DNA from: Candidatus Kuenenia sp.
Lineage (GTDB): Bacteria; Planctomycetota; Planctomycetia; Planctomycetales; Planctomycetaceae
NCBI GenBank assembly: GCA_043775985.1
Contig: JAYVRU010000320.1
Location: forward strand, 1 to 62,017
Reading direction: 5' to 3'
DNA: 62,017 nucleotides
This document shows, piece by piece, positions 47,945 through 56,805 of the stretch. Position numbers and translations under genes: made by a program. The notes under the pieces are model-generated. The model ran no database searches. It had not been told where the DNA came from and was given only the letters and a program-made list of their open reading frames with translations. How positions within the stretch are numbered: position 1 is the stretch's first letter; every line of letters begins with the position of its first letter.

Positions 47945-48388
47945 TCAGTTCCCTCTCATCCTATGTAAGCCATGACCAAAGGCAATCTGCACTGCTTCGC
48001 CGCCGTTCGTGCAGCACTTTCGATTCTGTGCAATTCGTCGGTCATATATCCCGGGTGTGCATGCAGGATGAGAGCATTTTGTTCCTCTTCCCCCGTCAGT
48101 TCGGACTCCTCCCGCGTGGAAGGAGATCTGCTGAACTCCGACGTTCCTCAGGGCTTCGATCAACTGCTTGAGTTTCTCGTACGACTCATCGCTTCGCATG
48201 CCAAGAGTCACGCTGATCGACGAATTTGCGGGTGGAGCTGTCTCCGCAGTTTTCCCCGTCGCAATCCCTGCCCTCTCAAGAGCCTCTACGACCTGTTTGA
48301 CGACATCGGACTGCTGCGCGTCAGCGTCTATCACAAGAACGATGGCCTTCGATTCCAACGGGATGGCTTCCTTTGCGGGTTCGTGCAC
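47945..48388 (-). CDS. Hypothetical ORF (weak, possibly frameshifted)
   Basis: 147-aa ORF. The first 95 aa look protein-like (AIVLVIDADAQQSDVVKQVVEALERAGI...ISVTLGMRSDESYEKLKQLIEALRNVGVQQISF). The C-terminal third is Cys/Arg/Gly-rich, and an alternative frame reads more naturally there. Confidence 0.3.
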   Translation of the reverse strand: MHEPAKEAIPLESKAIVLVIDADAQQSDVVKQVVEALERAGIATGKTAETAPPANSSISVTLGMRSDESYEKLKQLIEALRNVGVQQISFHAGGVRTDGGRGTKCSHPACTPGIYDRRIAQNRKCCTNGGEAVQIAFGHGLHRMRGN

Positions 48389-48872
48389 TGCCTTTGAATG
48401 TGGTACGCCTCACGGAGGGCTGACGCATGACGTTCGGATGCAGGATGGTGGCGGTGGCCAGACGGCCCGATCTAGTGTAGTGAGTCCCCGCACGGGCCAG
48501 GAACTCACGCACAAAAAGAAAAGAATCCGAAAAGAATCCACGGGATGATGTTGAGCCAAAATCCGAAGGCACCCGCGTTTGTGAGGAGCACCGTCAGAAA
48601 AAGCCATGCGAAAAAAGCCTGCCTGCGGCCCGATGTCAAACGAGAACGCCGTTCGGATATCGACTCACGACTCGGCCCGTGGCAGCGTTCGCGGAGTTGT
48701 GCGATCCTCTGCTCAAGTGTCTCATGTGGGTTGCAGCCATGGTGATCGGCCTCTTCCATCGACAGAAAGATCGACGGGTAAGTCTCGAGGACTCACAGAC
48801 CACCGCACACAGCCGCCCACTGACGCACAACGTTGTGTGATGGGGGGCCTTTTTGCGGGTCGTATTCTTAGT

Positions 48873-48948
48873 GAGCCGGCGGAAGTGGTGCCATATAGAG
48901 CCTTCGTCAACTGACGAAAGAATTGGCACCACACCAGGCGGCTCGCGC
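48873..48948. repeat. Nested long palindrome with REP-like termini
   Basis: Outer ends gagccggcgg... and ...ccaggcggctc. Middle arms gtggtgcca (48885-48893) and tggcaccac (48924-48932). Inner perfect palindrome ttcgtca-ac-tgacgaa (48903-48918). It lies just downstream of the minus-strand DUF1579 gene. Confidence 0.75.
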
Positions 48949-48983
48949 CGCTTCGCAACAATTGGCACGTGCGGTCTGCGGCA

Positions 48984-49574
48984 CTATTCCTTCACCCGTT
49001 CGTAGACTGTCTCGACCGCCTTCGACTCCTGGTCGACCATAATGTTGTACGCGGTAATCGTCAGATGATCGGCGTCGATTAATTCGTAGTCCGTTCGCCA
49101 TCCACCCTGGGGTTGGTCAACCGCCCAGTCGTATTTGCCAGAAACCGAAAAACCCCGCTCGATCGCATCCCCTTCGCTGATCAGGATCGCACTGCTCATG
49201 TGAAAATCGTCGAACCAAAAGACCTGAAACTTCTTCGTCACGTCGTTCATCGCCAGAGTTTCTTCGCCATGTCGCGGTTTGCCGCGCATCGATCCTTCGT
49301 AAGTGTGCCGAAAGAAGTTTCCGTTCAGCAGCGACACGATCTCACCCGAGACTTTCGATTCATCGACCAGTTTTCCCGGCTCGAACCATGTTTTTACTGT
49401 CCCCTGCCACTTCCCAACACATTTCCCGAGAAATTTTTCCGGTTCGGCCATCTTCTTTGTCGCTTTCTGTGTTGATTGTTTGTCCACCGATTCGGCATCA
49501 CGATTCTGCCCTATGGCATGTGTGGTGACAATGAATAAGCACGCGACAAGGAACATTTTCGTAAACAGTCGCAT
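48984..49574 (-). CDS. DUF1579-like secreted protein
   Basis: Signal peptide: MRLFTKMFLVACLFIVTTHAIG. FLGKCVGKWQGTVKTWFEPGKLVDESKVSGEIVSLLNGNFFRHTYEGSMRGKPRHGEETLAMNDVTKKFQVFWFDDFHMSS fits the G.W.G....W..PG......G......G.F....Y.G...G....G......D.....F...W.D pattern I recall for DUF1579. I prefer the internal ATG at 49574 (AAGGGCGGA upstream). Confidence 0.75.
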   Translation of the reverse strand: MRLFTKMFLVACLFIVTTHAIGQNRDAESVDKQSTQKATKKMAEPEKFLGKCVGKWQGTVKTWFEPGKLVDESKVSGEIVSLLNGNFFRHTYEGSMRGKPRHGEETLAMNDVTKKFQVFWFDDFHMSSAILISEGDAIERGFSVSGKYDWAVDQPQGGWRTDYELIDADHLTITAYNIMVDQESKAVETVYERVKE

Positions 49575-49930
49575 TGGTCCGCCCTTTGATAAAGACAAGA
49601 TAACGAGAACGGCCGAACTGGAATTCAATGTAATCGGAACATCTGTCGCAACCTGGATGAAGAAAATCCACGATCACGATCTGCACTCAGTCGCCGCAGC
49701 ATACGATTTCACTCTGGAAATACGCAGCAATGCGGATAAAACGACCGTGACCAAGGGAGTGCGTACGCGATTTTTTCGCCAGCTTTCATCAAACTCGGCA
49801 GACGGAAGCTGAGTGCACATTCCGGTGGGAACTGCCAAAATCGGGCTTTGATCGTTAACCTTCTGGCATCGGCTGACAAATCCCGGAAAATCGTCGCATG
49901 ATTGGTGCCTGGTCTGCGACATAACAGCAA

Positions 49931-50626
49931 TTGCTGAACAAAAATCCGGTGCTGCCACTGGGGGTAAGAGGAAATGAGGCCCGATTGAACGATTCTGCTC
50001 TGGTCGAAGGACTTCGTCGTCACGACCCGGCGGCAGTGAAGCATCTGAGTGATTGCTTTCTGCCTTCGGTTTGGCGCTTCGTCTACGTCCGGGTGAAAGG
50101 CGATCGGCATTTGGCGGAAGATATTGTCAGTGAATCAGTGCTGGCGTTGATTCGAGCTGTTTCGGACCCGGAGTTGGAGATTGGTAATCCAATCGCGTGG
50201 CTTAGGTCGGTCGCGGCTCATAAGGTCGCCGACCATTTTCGCGCGGCGGCTCGAGTGCAGCATCTGATCGATCAAGCCAGGCACACGGCTCCTGTAAGTC
50301 TTGGCCACGATGCCGTACAGGCGCAGGAGTTACAGGAACGTCGCGACGAAATTCGGCAGGTGCTGGATCGCTTGCCAGAGCAGACTCGGCTGGCTCTGGA
50401 GTGGAAGTACATTGATAAGTTGAGTGTCAAAGAAATTGCCGCACGGCTGGATGTGAGTGAAAAAGCAGCGGAGTCGATTTTGTTTCGCGGTCGGAAGGAG
50501 TTTCGACAGCGAATATTGATGAAGGAAGAACAAGACAATTCCCCTACCGCCACGAGCTGCAACGGTTGCCGTCAGAGGATTGAGAATAGCGAACGGGTAG
50601 AAGAGCAAACAGATGTGGTTTCATAA
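49931..50626 (+). CDS. ECF-type RNA polymerase sigma-70 family factor
   Basis: Region 2-like segment: DRHLAEDIVSESVLALIRAV. Region 4: LPEQTRLALEWKYIDKLSVKEIAARLDVSEKAAESILFRGRKEFRQRI. The track start at 49931 is TTG. In-frame alternatives are GTG at 49949 and TTG at 49985 (AGAGGA upstream). Confidence 0.85.
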   Translation: MLNKNPVLPLGVRGNEARLNDSALVEGLRRHDPAAVKHLSDCFLPSVWRFVYVRVKGDRHLAEDIVSESVLALIRAVSDPELEIGNPIAWLRSVAAHKVADHFRAAARVQHLIDQARHTAPVSLGHDAVQAQELQERRDEIRQVLDRLPEQTRLALEWKYIDKLSVKEIAARLDVSEKAAESILFRGRKEFRQRILMKEEQDNSPTATSCNGCRQRIENSERVEEQTDVVS

Positions 50627-50649
50627 TGTAGTTTCCTGGTACAGCTTCA

Positions 50650-53181
50650 ATGATTAATTCCAACATGAACAATGCATCGCCGGAAACGGTGGACGATCGC
50701 GAGCTGGAGGAGCTGCTCGCAGGAGCCCTGGATGCGCCGCCGGTTCCGCGGTCGCTGCTGAAGCGGCTTGACCAGGGCATCGAAAACGTATGGGGCGAGT
50801 CGCCTCGTCTGGCTGATTCTCGGGCAGACAGGCTGCAGCGAAGGTTTACCCAGGGTTCTCGCTGGGTCCGCGGTCTTCCGATCGCAGCGGCAGTTGCGGT
50901 AGCCGTCGTCTGTGTTGCCTTGATGAATAGTACCGGAACGGCCTACGCATGGTCGTCCATGTTGAGCGCGTTGAGGCAACAGGGAATTGTGGAGTATCAG
51001 CAGAACGGTGTGACTCGCTGGTTATCGTTGTCAGAAGGTCTGGTGAGTGAATCGACGTCGGAATCCTGTGTGCTGCTCGATACCAATAAGAAGATTGTCC
51101 TGCGGCGGCTGCATGACGGAAACGTGATTGAACGTGAATCGTTGACGTTTGAGAACAGTGAAGCTCAGGATCGCCTGATGTTCGCCTTCTTCGCTGGAGA
51201 TTCCGATGGAGCATTTTCCGGTACGTCGGCAACAATAGTTGATCGGGGTTGGGAAGAAATCACGATCGACGGCAAGTCACAAGTTCAGTTGAACGTCTCC
51301 TGCGAGTCAGGTGGCGCTCCGACGAAATTGCATATCCTGGTGGACCCGGAGACGCAACTTCCGTTGGCGTGTGAAGTTCCTGAAGCCGACGATGATATCG
51401 CAGCAACGTCGGCGGTAGTTACAGCATCCCGCTTTCAGCCACTCACCTATTCCAGCGACGTCGCTGCAACTCGGGTCGCGGCAGTGTTTCCCGACGACAT
51501 GCCGATTGCTGATGTCACACCCGCCGATGAAATCAAGACAGCTTCGAATGAATCGCCAAAACCTGCTCGACGAGCGGTTGCTGCCGTCGATCCTCCAAAA
51601 GTCGATGGCAAGGCTGCGACAGATCCTCATGGTGGTGCTCCGTTGATGGGTGACGCCTCAAAATGGCGAGCTGTTCAGATTCAGCCAAGTGCCACGGGGA
51701 ATGCGGTCCAGGATCTTGATCTCCTGCTGGCAAGGCTGTGGGAAGAAAACAGCGTGAAGCCTGTGGGGCTGGCTTCAGATGAGGAACTACTTCGTCGCGT
51801 CTATCTGGATCTTGCTGGTCGCACTCCGAGCGTCAACGAGGTTCGCGATTACCTAAAGAATACCTCTTCGGACCGTTACGAATCACTGGTGAGCCGGCTA
51901 CTCGACAGCCCGGACCATTCAAGCCATCTCGCGGCGAAGTTTCGATCGTTCCTGCTTCCTGAGGGTGTGGACCTGACAAGCTTCGGTGGTGTCGAAGCCT
52001 TCGAAAAATGGCTGGCCGCTCGCTTCCAGAGCAACGAGCCTTACGACAAAACAGTCCAGAGCCTGTTGCTCGCAGAAGGTCGTCTGGCTCAATCGGGGCC
52101 GTTGTTGTTTTATTCAGCGACGAAGCTTGAGGCCGATCAGCTTGCGGGTCGAACGGCTCGAGTGTTTCTCGGGATGCGGCTGGAGTGTGCTCAGTGTCAT
52201 GATCATCCGTTCGAACCGTGGACTCAGGAAGACTTCTGGGGCTTCGCTGCCTTCTTCGCTCGCATCTCGCGACCTCGTGGCAAACTGGAAACCGTCTCCA
52301 CGGTGATGCAGGTTCGAGACGTGGATCGTGGTGAAGTGATGATGCCTGAATCTAAGGCGGCTGTTCTGCCTAAGTTCCTGAATGCCGACAATGTTCTGAC
52401 GGATGAGAAGTCGAATGCCCGCCGAAAGAAACTAACAGCGTGGCTGACGGGCAGTGACAATCCGTACTTCGCCCGAGCGACAGGCAATCGAGTCTGGTCG
52501 ATGCTGTTTGGCAAGGGGATTGTAAATCCGGTGGACGATTTTGGTGTAGGCAACCCACCGCTGTCACCGGAATTGCTCGATCTTCTTGCAGGCAACTTCA
52601 TTAAATCAAAGTTCAATTTGAAGGAACTGTTTCGAGTCGTCGCATTGTCAAAAGCTTACCGTCTTTCCAGCGGAGCTGAAGAGGCCGACGAGCTTCGCCA
52701 GGATTGGTTTGCTCAGATGAACGTGAAGATGCTGACGGCCGAGCAGGTCTATGACTGCATCACCGTGGCCACGATGCCAGGCTCGACTCAGACAACCGAC
52801 ATGACAGGCCTGGTGACTCGCTTCGGAAACGTTTCGCGAGACGAATTCCTGCGTGATTTCAGAACGCCATCGGGTCGTTCAACAGAGTATCAGGGCGGGA
52901 TTCCACAGGCGTTGACTCTGATGAATGGAACTCTGATCGATAGTGCAACGGGGCTCGCATCCAGCGGCTTGTTAAAGTCTCTGCAGGCTCCGTTCTTCAC
53001 TCGAGATCAGCGGATTGAGATCGTGTACTTTGCAACATTGTCTCGTCAGCCAAAGCCTTCCGAGAAAGAGCTGCTGAGTCAGTATATCACCGAAGATATG
53101 TCCGGTAACGATCTCCGTGAAGCGTTGTCGGATGTGCTCTGGGCACTGTTGAACAGTGCTGAGTTCACGATGAATCATTAG
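50650..53181 (+). CDS. Membrane-anchored DUF1549/DUF1553 (PSD1-type) protein with an anti-sigma-like N-terminus
   Basis: It starts 23 nt after the sigma stop. A roughly 80-aa cytoplasmic-looking head is followed by a TM helix (GLPIAAAVAVAVVCVALM). The DUF1549 signature is LWEENSVKPVGLASDEELLRRVYLDLAGRTPSVNEVRDYL. The DUF1553 signatures are FLGMRLECAQCHDHPFEPWTQEDFWGFAAFF and NPYFARATGNRVWSMLFGKGIVNPVDDFG. Confidence 0.85.
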   Translation: MINSNMNNASPETVDDRELEELLAGALDAPPVPRSLLKRLDQGIENVWGESPRLADSRADRLQRRFTQGSRWVRGLPIAAAVAVAVVCVALMNSTGTAYAWSSMLSALRQQGIVEYQQNGVTRWLSLSEGLVSESTSESCVLLDTNKKIVLRRLHDGNVIERESLTFENSEAQDRLMFAFFAGDSDGAFSGTSATIVDRGWEEITIDGKSQVQLNVSCESGGAPTKLHILVDPETQLPLACEVPEADDDIAATSAVVTASRFQPLTYSSDVAATRVAAVFPDDMPIADVTPADEIKTASNESPKPARRAVAAVDPPKVDGKAATDPHGGAPLMGDASKWRAVQIQPSATGNAVQDLDLLLARLWEENSVKPVGLASDEELLRRVYLDLAGRTPSVNEVRDYLKNTSSDRYESLVSRLLDSPDHSSHLAAKFRSFLLPEGVDLTSFGGVEAFEKWLAARFQSNEPYDKTVQSLLLAEGRLAQSGPLLFYSATKLEADQLAGRTARVFLGMRLECAQCHDHPFEPWTQEDFWGFAAFFARISRPRGKLETVSTVMQVRDVDRGEVMMPESKAAVLPKFLNADNVLTDEKSNARRKKLTAWLTGSDNPYFARATGNRVWSMLFGKGIVNPVDDFGVGNPPLSPELLDLLAGNFIKSKFNLKELFRVVALSKAYRLSSGAEEADELRQDWFAQMNVKMLTAEQVYDCITVATMPGSTQTTDMTGLVTRFGNVSRDEFLRDFRTPSGRSTEYQGGIPQALTLMNGTLIDSATGLASSGLLKSLQAPFFTRDQRIEIVYFATLSRQPKPSEKELLSQYITEDMSGNDLREALSDVLWALLNSAEFTMNH

Positions 53182-53192
53182 TGTAAGTAATT

Positions 53193-53302
53193 GAGCCGCA
53201 AGGCGCTAGCCGCGGGTAATTTCCTTATGTTTTTAAGACTCGCACCCGCAGCTAGCGCTTTGCGGCTCACAAAATCAACAACCTCCTGGCGCCTTGCGGC
53301 TC
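53193..53302. repeat. REPIN-like doublet plus a half unit
   Basis: Forward unit gagccgcaaggcgctagccgcgggta at 53193-53218. After a 24-nt spacer, reverse unit cacccgcagctagcgctttgcggctc at 53243-53268. Half unit tggcgccttgcggctc at 53287-53302. Confidence 0.9.
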
Positions 53303-53331
53303 ACGCGAACACAATTTTCAAAGGATCTCCC

Positions 53332-54666
53332 ATGAACCCTATGATCTCAAGACGCAGATGGATTTCTTCCCTTGCGGCCAGTGTGGCTGGAATTAGTGCG
53401 AGCGGGTGGTTTCCGCTATTGGCTCAGCAGCAATTGGCGGAAGCGAAGAAGAAGTCTCGCCGTGTCATCCTGCTGTGGATGAGCGGCGGGCCATCTCAGA
53501 CGGACACCTGGGACTTAAAGCCGGGGCACGCCAACGGCGGTGAGTTCAAGGAAATCCAAACGGCATCACCTGGGCTGCGATTCAGTGAGCATTTGCCGAA
53601 ACTTGCCGCAATGTCAGACAAACTGGCCGTGCTGCGAGGTCTTTCGACACGTGAAGGCGATCACGGGCGAGGCACCTATTATATGAGAACCGGCTACGCT
53701 CCGATGGGGCCGGTTCGATATCCGAGCATTGGAAGTTCGCTGGCCAATCAATTGGGATCGCCTGAATTTGGCCTGCCCGGCTGCGTCAGTGTCGGAGCAT
53801 TTCGAACGTTTAACGAAGACGCGTTTGGTGCAGGATTTCTGGGCCCAAAAATGCAGCCTTTGATGGTTGGGGCTTCGGACATGACCGGTGCGATGACGAC
53901 CGGTGGCGACGGATTTCCTCAACTTCAAGTCCAGGGAATGACTCGTCCGGCCAGTATTACGGATGTGCGAATGGAAAAACGTCTGAACATGTGGAAGAAC
54001 CTGCAATCGGGTTTTCTGGCCGAACATCAGGCCGGGGCTCCGAAGACTCATAATACGATTTACGAAAGTGCCGTGAGGCTGATGAACAGCAAGGACGCCG
54101 AGGCCTTTGATCTTTCAAAAGAACCAATCGAACTGCGTGAAGCGTACGGACGCAACGTTTTTGGACAGGGTTGCTTGTTAGCTCGGCGATTGATCGAACA
54201 GGGCGTATCATTCGTGGAAGTGTCCCTCGGGACCAGCAGCGGCGGAGCGGGCTGGGATACTCATACGGATAACTTTAATGCAGTGAAAGCTCTGTCCACG
54301 GATCTCGACAACGGCTGGGCGACGCTGATGAAGGACCTATCCGATCGCGGCCTGTTGGAATCGACCACGATTCTTTGGATGGGCGAGTTCGGCCGGACTC
54401 CTCAAATCAACGGTACTAATGGACGTGACCATTTTCCTGCCGCCTGGTCTGCTGTGCTCGCCGGAGCGGGTATCGCTGGTGGTCAGGCGTATGGCCGAAC
54501 CAGTGACAGTGGCATGGCTGTGGAAGACGGGCAGATGAGTGCCGAAGATCTGCTGGCAACCTTGTGCATGGCAGCCGGTGTGGAAGAGAAAGCCACGCAG
54601 ATCGATGACAACGGGCGGCCCATTCGAATCACAGAAGGAGTGGCCGCTAAAGCCGTGTTAGCGTGA
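53332..54666 (+). CDS. DUF1501 (sulfatase-like fold) protein with Tat-type signal
   Basis: The N-terminus MNPMISRRRWISSLAASVAGISA looks like a twin-arginine signal. Family motifs: VILLWMSGGPSQTDTWDLKPG, REGDHGRGTYYMRTG, GAGWDTHTDNF, WMGEFGRTPQINGTNGRDHFP. The track start at 53191 (TTG) lies inside REP units (peptide SRKALAAG), so I prefer ATG 53332 with AAAGGA 7 nt upstream. Confidence 0.9.
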   Translation: MNPMISRRRWISSLAASVAGISASGWFPLLAQQQLAEAKKKSRRVILLWMSGGPSQTDTWDLKPGHANGGEFKEIQTASPGLRFSEHLPKLAAMSDKLAVLRGLSTREGDHGRGTYYMRTGYAPMGPVRYPSIGSSLANQLGSPEFGLPGCVSVGAFRTFNEDAFGAGFLGPKMQPLMVGASDMTGAMTTGGDGFPQLQVQGMTRPASITDVRMEKRLNMWKNLQSGFLAEHQAGAPKTHNTIYESAVRLMNSKDAEAFDLSKEPIELREAYGRNVFGQGCLLARRLIEQGVSFVEVSLGTSSGGAGWDTHTDNFNAVKALSTDLDNGWATLMKDLSDRGLLESTTILWMGEFGRTPQINGTNGRDHFPAAWSAVLAGAGIAGGQAYGRTSDSGMAVEDGQMSAEDLLATLCMAAGVEEKATQIDDNGRPIRITEGVAAKAVLA

Positions 54667-54678
54667 ATGTCCGTCGGT

Positions 54679-54829
54679 GAGCCGCAAGGCGCTAGCCGCG
54701 GGTGCAGTTGATCGTTTAACCCGACTCGAAGAGGAGGTTGGCAATCAGCTCCTCCTCTTCGAGTCGGGTCAAACGAAAACGGTCAATGTGTGATGAAAAC
54801 AAACACCTGCGGCTAGCGCCTTGCGGCTC
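54679..54829. repeat. Composite element B: REP unit (fwd), 24-bp-stem hairpin, REP unit (rev)
   Basis: Forward unit at 54679-54704. Hairpin arms gtttaacccgactcgaagaggagg (54714-54737) and cctcctcttcgagtcgggtcaaac (54751-54774). Reverse unit cacctgcggctagcgccttgcggctc at 54804-54829. The architecture and hairpin arm sequence are the same as at 31485-31679. Confidence 0.9.
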
Positions 54830-54844
54830 AATTGAAAAAATAAT

Positions 54845-56644
54845 ATGCAGCCTTTCCATTCTATAATCAAATTTTTGAAGCGTCTCGCGATAGTCGGACT
54901 GCTTTCACTCGCAGCATTCTCAGCCGCACAGGCTGACGAAAACGAACTCACTGTCCCTGTGCGAATTCTCGGCGCTCCGGCTCCCGAACCAGCGATGGGG
55001 CCGATGATGGTGGCACGCGAAGAAGCACCGCCGGCGACTCCTGCTGCGAAGATGCCGCAATATCAGTTGCATCATAAGGATCTCGGCGATCTTGGCGACC
55101 CGTCGTCGCCGCACATTCGATTCGTGCTCGCGCTGCCCGAAAAGCCTCTGCTGATCGAAGCCGCAATCTTCATTGATGGCCAGCCGTTTCGACAGGCTCG
55201 GGAAAAACGAGTTCAGGAGATCATGCGGTACATCTCCGATCCCGTTGCCTTCAACGCCGAAGCGGCAAAGATTGCAGCGGAAGCTCAAGCGGCTGCTACT
55301 GCCGCTGAGGCGACGAAGAAACTGGGGCTTTTGGAATCAGTCGTCAACCTAGTGACCGGCAACGAGGCAGCAGCCGAAACAACTCCGCAAGTCACACCGG
55401 AAAAAGATCAAACGCCTGCTCCAGAAGAAGCGACTCCGGATGCAAAGGCCGAGGCAGTCGAAACACCAGATCCTGCAGAAGAAAAGCCAGAAGCCGCGAC
55501 TCCAGAGCCCGAGACGCCCGCTGAACCAGTTGTTCCGGCAACGCCCAAATACTCGGCACCTGCCACGATCTACGAACGCATCGAACGTTACACAAAATCT
55601 ACCGGCACGCCGCCGAGCGTCGATGAAGTTCGATGGTTGCTCACAAACTGGGTGGATGGCCCGTTGCTGTTGTTCCTGAACGACAACTTCCAGCGTTTCC
55701 GAGCCGACCAGCAGCCTGTATTCAAAGTCCTTGATCGAGATCGCGACGGCATCGTGTCGGCTGACGAATTGACAAAGGCCGTCGCGGCGTTTCAGGAATG
55801 CGATCTCAATCGTGACGACATGGTCGATGCCACCGAACTTGCTGAGGCGGCGAAAGATGTTCGCGATCAGCCAACGAATTCAACGGGCAAGCTGATCTTC
55901 CGCCTTCCTGATGAGAAAACCGCGACTGTTTTTCTGCGTCGCGTGGCAGCTCACTATGTGGCTCCGGATGCAAAGTTACCAACACCGCCGCAGTTCGATC
56001 CGGACAGCGATGGTGTCCTGTCTCCTGAAGAACTCAAGCAACTCCAGGAACGCCCGGCCGACGTTCGTTTAAAGATCGAACTGACGACCGGCCAGCCGGA
56101 AGCATCTCGATTGACCATCGACGGATTCAGCGACGAGTTTGCCGGACTGAGGGACTCGACGAAGAAGAATCCATCGAGCATGACGCTCAACTTCCCGTCG
56201 TTCAATCTGGAATTTCTGGCCGCACAAGGAGCCAGCAGCGATCAAATTTCAATAGGAGCTGTCAATGACGGCTACGCCATGCTTCAGGAAATCGATCCGA
56301 ATGCCGACGGTCGATTTTCGATCCGCGAGCTGCGGCAGTTGAATGAACGCCTCGCAGCTTTTGATCAGAATTCCGACGGACAAATTGGATCCGGTGAGAC
56401 TCATCCGACGTTTCGAGTCTGCATCGGCCTGGGACCGACGGCCCATCAGCCGCTGGCGTTGTTGCGTGAAATCAATTCACCGAGCGCGGCAGCTCAGGAA
56501 CCTGGCCCGGATTGGTTCATAGAGATGGATAAGAACAAGGATTACGATTTAACTCGCCAGGAGTTTCCTGGCACAGACGAACAGTTTAAGCAGCTTGATA
56601 GTGATGACGATGAATTGATCAGTTCTGTAGAAGCCAATAAATGA
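54845..56644 (+). CDS. Secreted multi-EF-hand-like (Ca-binding loop) protein with a Pro/Glu/Ala-rich linker
   Basis: Signal-like N-terminus: IVGLLSLAAFSAAQA. The linker reads ...PEEATPDAKAEAVETPDPAEEKPEAATPEPETPAEPVVPATP. Seven D-x-(D/N)-x-D-type loops are present: DRDRDGIVSADEL, DLNRDDMVDATEL, DPDSDGVLSPEEL, DPNADGRFSIRELRQL, DQNSDGQIGSGE, DKNKDYDLTRQEF, DSDDDELISSVE. Confidence 0.8.
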   Translation: MQPFHSIIKFLKRLAIVGLLSLAAFSAAQADENELTVPVRILGAPAPEPAMGPMMVAREEAPPATPAAKMPQYQLHHKDLGDLGDPSSPHIRFVLALPEKPLLIEAAIFIDGQPFRQAREKRVQEIMRYISDPVAFNAEAAKIAAEAQAAATAAEATKKLGLLESVVNLVTGNEAAAETTPQVTPEKDQTPAPEEATPDAKAEAVETPDPAEEKPEAATPEPETPAEPVVPATPKYSAPATIYERIERYTKSTGTPPSVDEVRWLLTNWVDGPLLLFLNDNFQRFRADQQPVFKVLDRDRDGIVSADELTKAVAAFQECDLNRDDMVDATELAEAAKDVRDQPTNSTGKLIFRLPDEKTATVFLRRVAAHYVAPDAKLPTPPQFDPDSDGVLSPEELKQLQERPADVRLKIELTTGQPEASRLTIDGFSDEFAGLRDSTKKNPSSMTLNFPSFNLEFLAAQGASSDQISIGAVNDGYAMLQEIDPNADGRFSIRELRQLNERLAAFDQNSDGQIGSGETHPTFRVCIGLGPTAHQPLALLREINSPSAAAQEPGPDWFIEMDKNKDYDLTRQEFPGTDEQFKQLDSDDDELISSVEANK

Positions 56645-56793
56645 GCCGCAAGGCGCTAGCTGCGGGTGTTGATCTAGTCTGTTTATCAGCCGCCGGGCGC
56701 TAGCCCCCGGTTGAATTTGCAGTGTTTTTGTACCGAAAACTGGACGCTAGCGCGTTCCGGCTGATTAAATCAACAGCCCGCTAGCCGCGGGTG
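56643..56793. repeat. REP cluster (type-1 fwd, variant, type-2, truncated type-1)
   Basis: gagccgcaaggcgctagctgcgggtg at 56643-56668, overlapping the TGA of the EF-hand gene. cagccgccgggcgctagcccccggtt at 56687-56712. ctggacgctagcgcgttccggctgat at 56740-56765. cagcccgctagccgcgggtg at 56774-56793. Confidence 0.85.
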
Positions 56794-56805
56794 CTGATTT
56801 GAAAT

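Noticed and set aside
48505-48759. 84-aa minus ORF with two hydrophobic segments (…RRQAFFAWLFLTVLLTNAGAFGFWLNIIPWILFGFFSF), a possible 2TM-type small membrane protein.
   Set aside because: It has no RBS or clear start. It lies in a zone of fragments with several overlapping ORFs in other frames. It could be real, but I cannot support it from sequence alone.
49827-49856. ECF-type promoter candidate GGGAAC-N20-CGTT upstream of the second sigma gene.
   Set aside because: The spacer is about 3-4 nt longer than the 16-17 nt usual for GGAAC...CGT ECF promoters. No matching motif was found upstream of the first sigma gene. The evidence is too weak to call.
53191-53331. N-terminal extension of the DUF1501 ORF from the TTG at 53191 (the same issue affects 56969 for moxR).
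   Set aside because: The extension is translated REP DNA (SRKALAAG..., ...LRLAPAASALRL...). A Tat-like signal with a proper RBS begins at ATG 53332.
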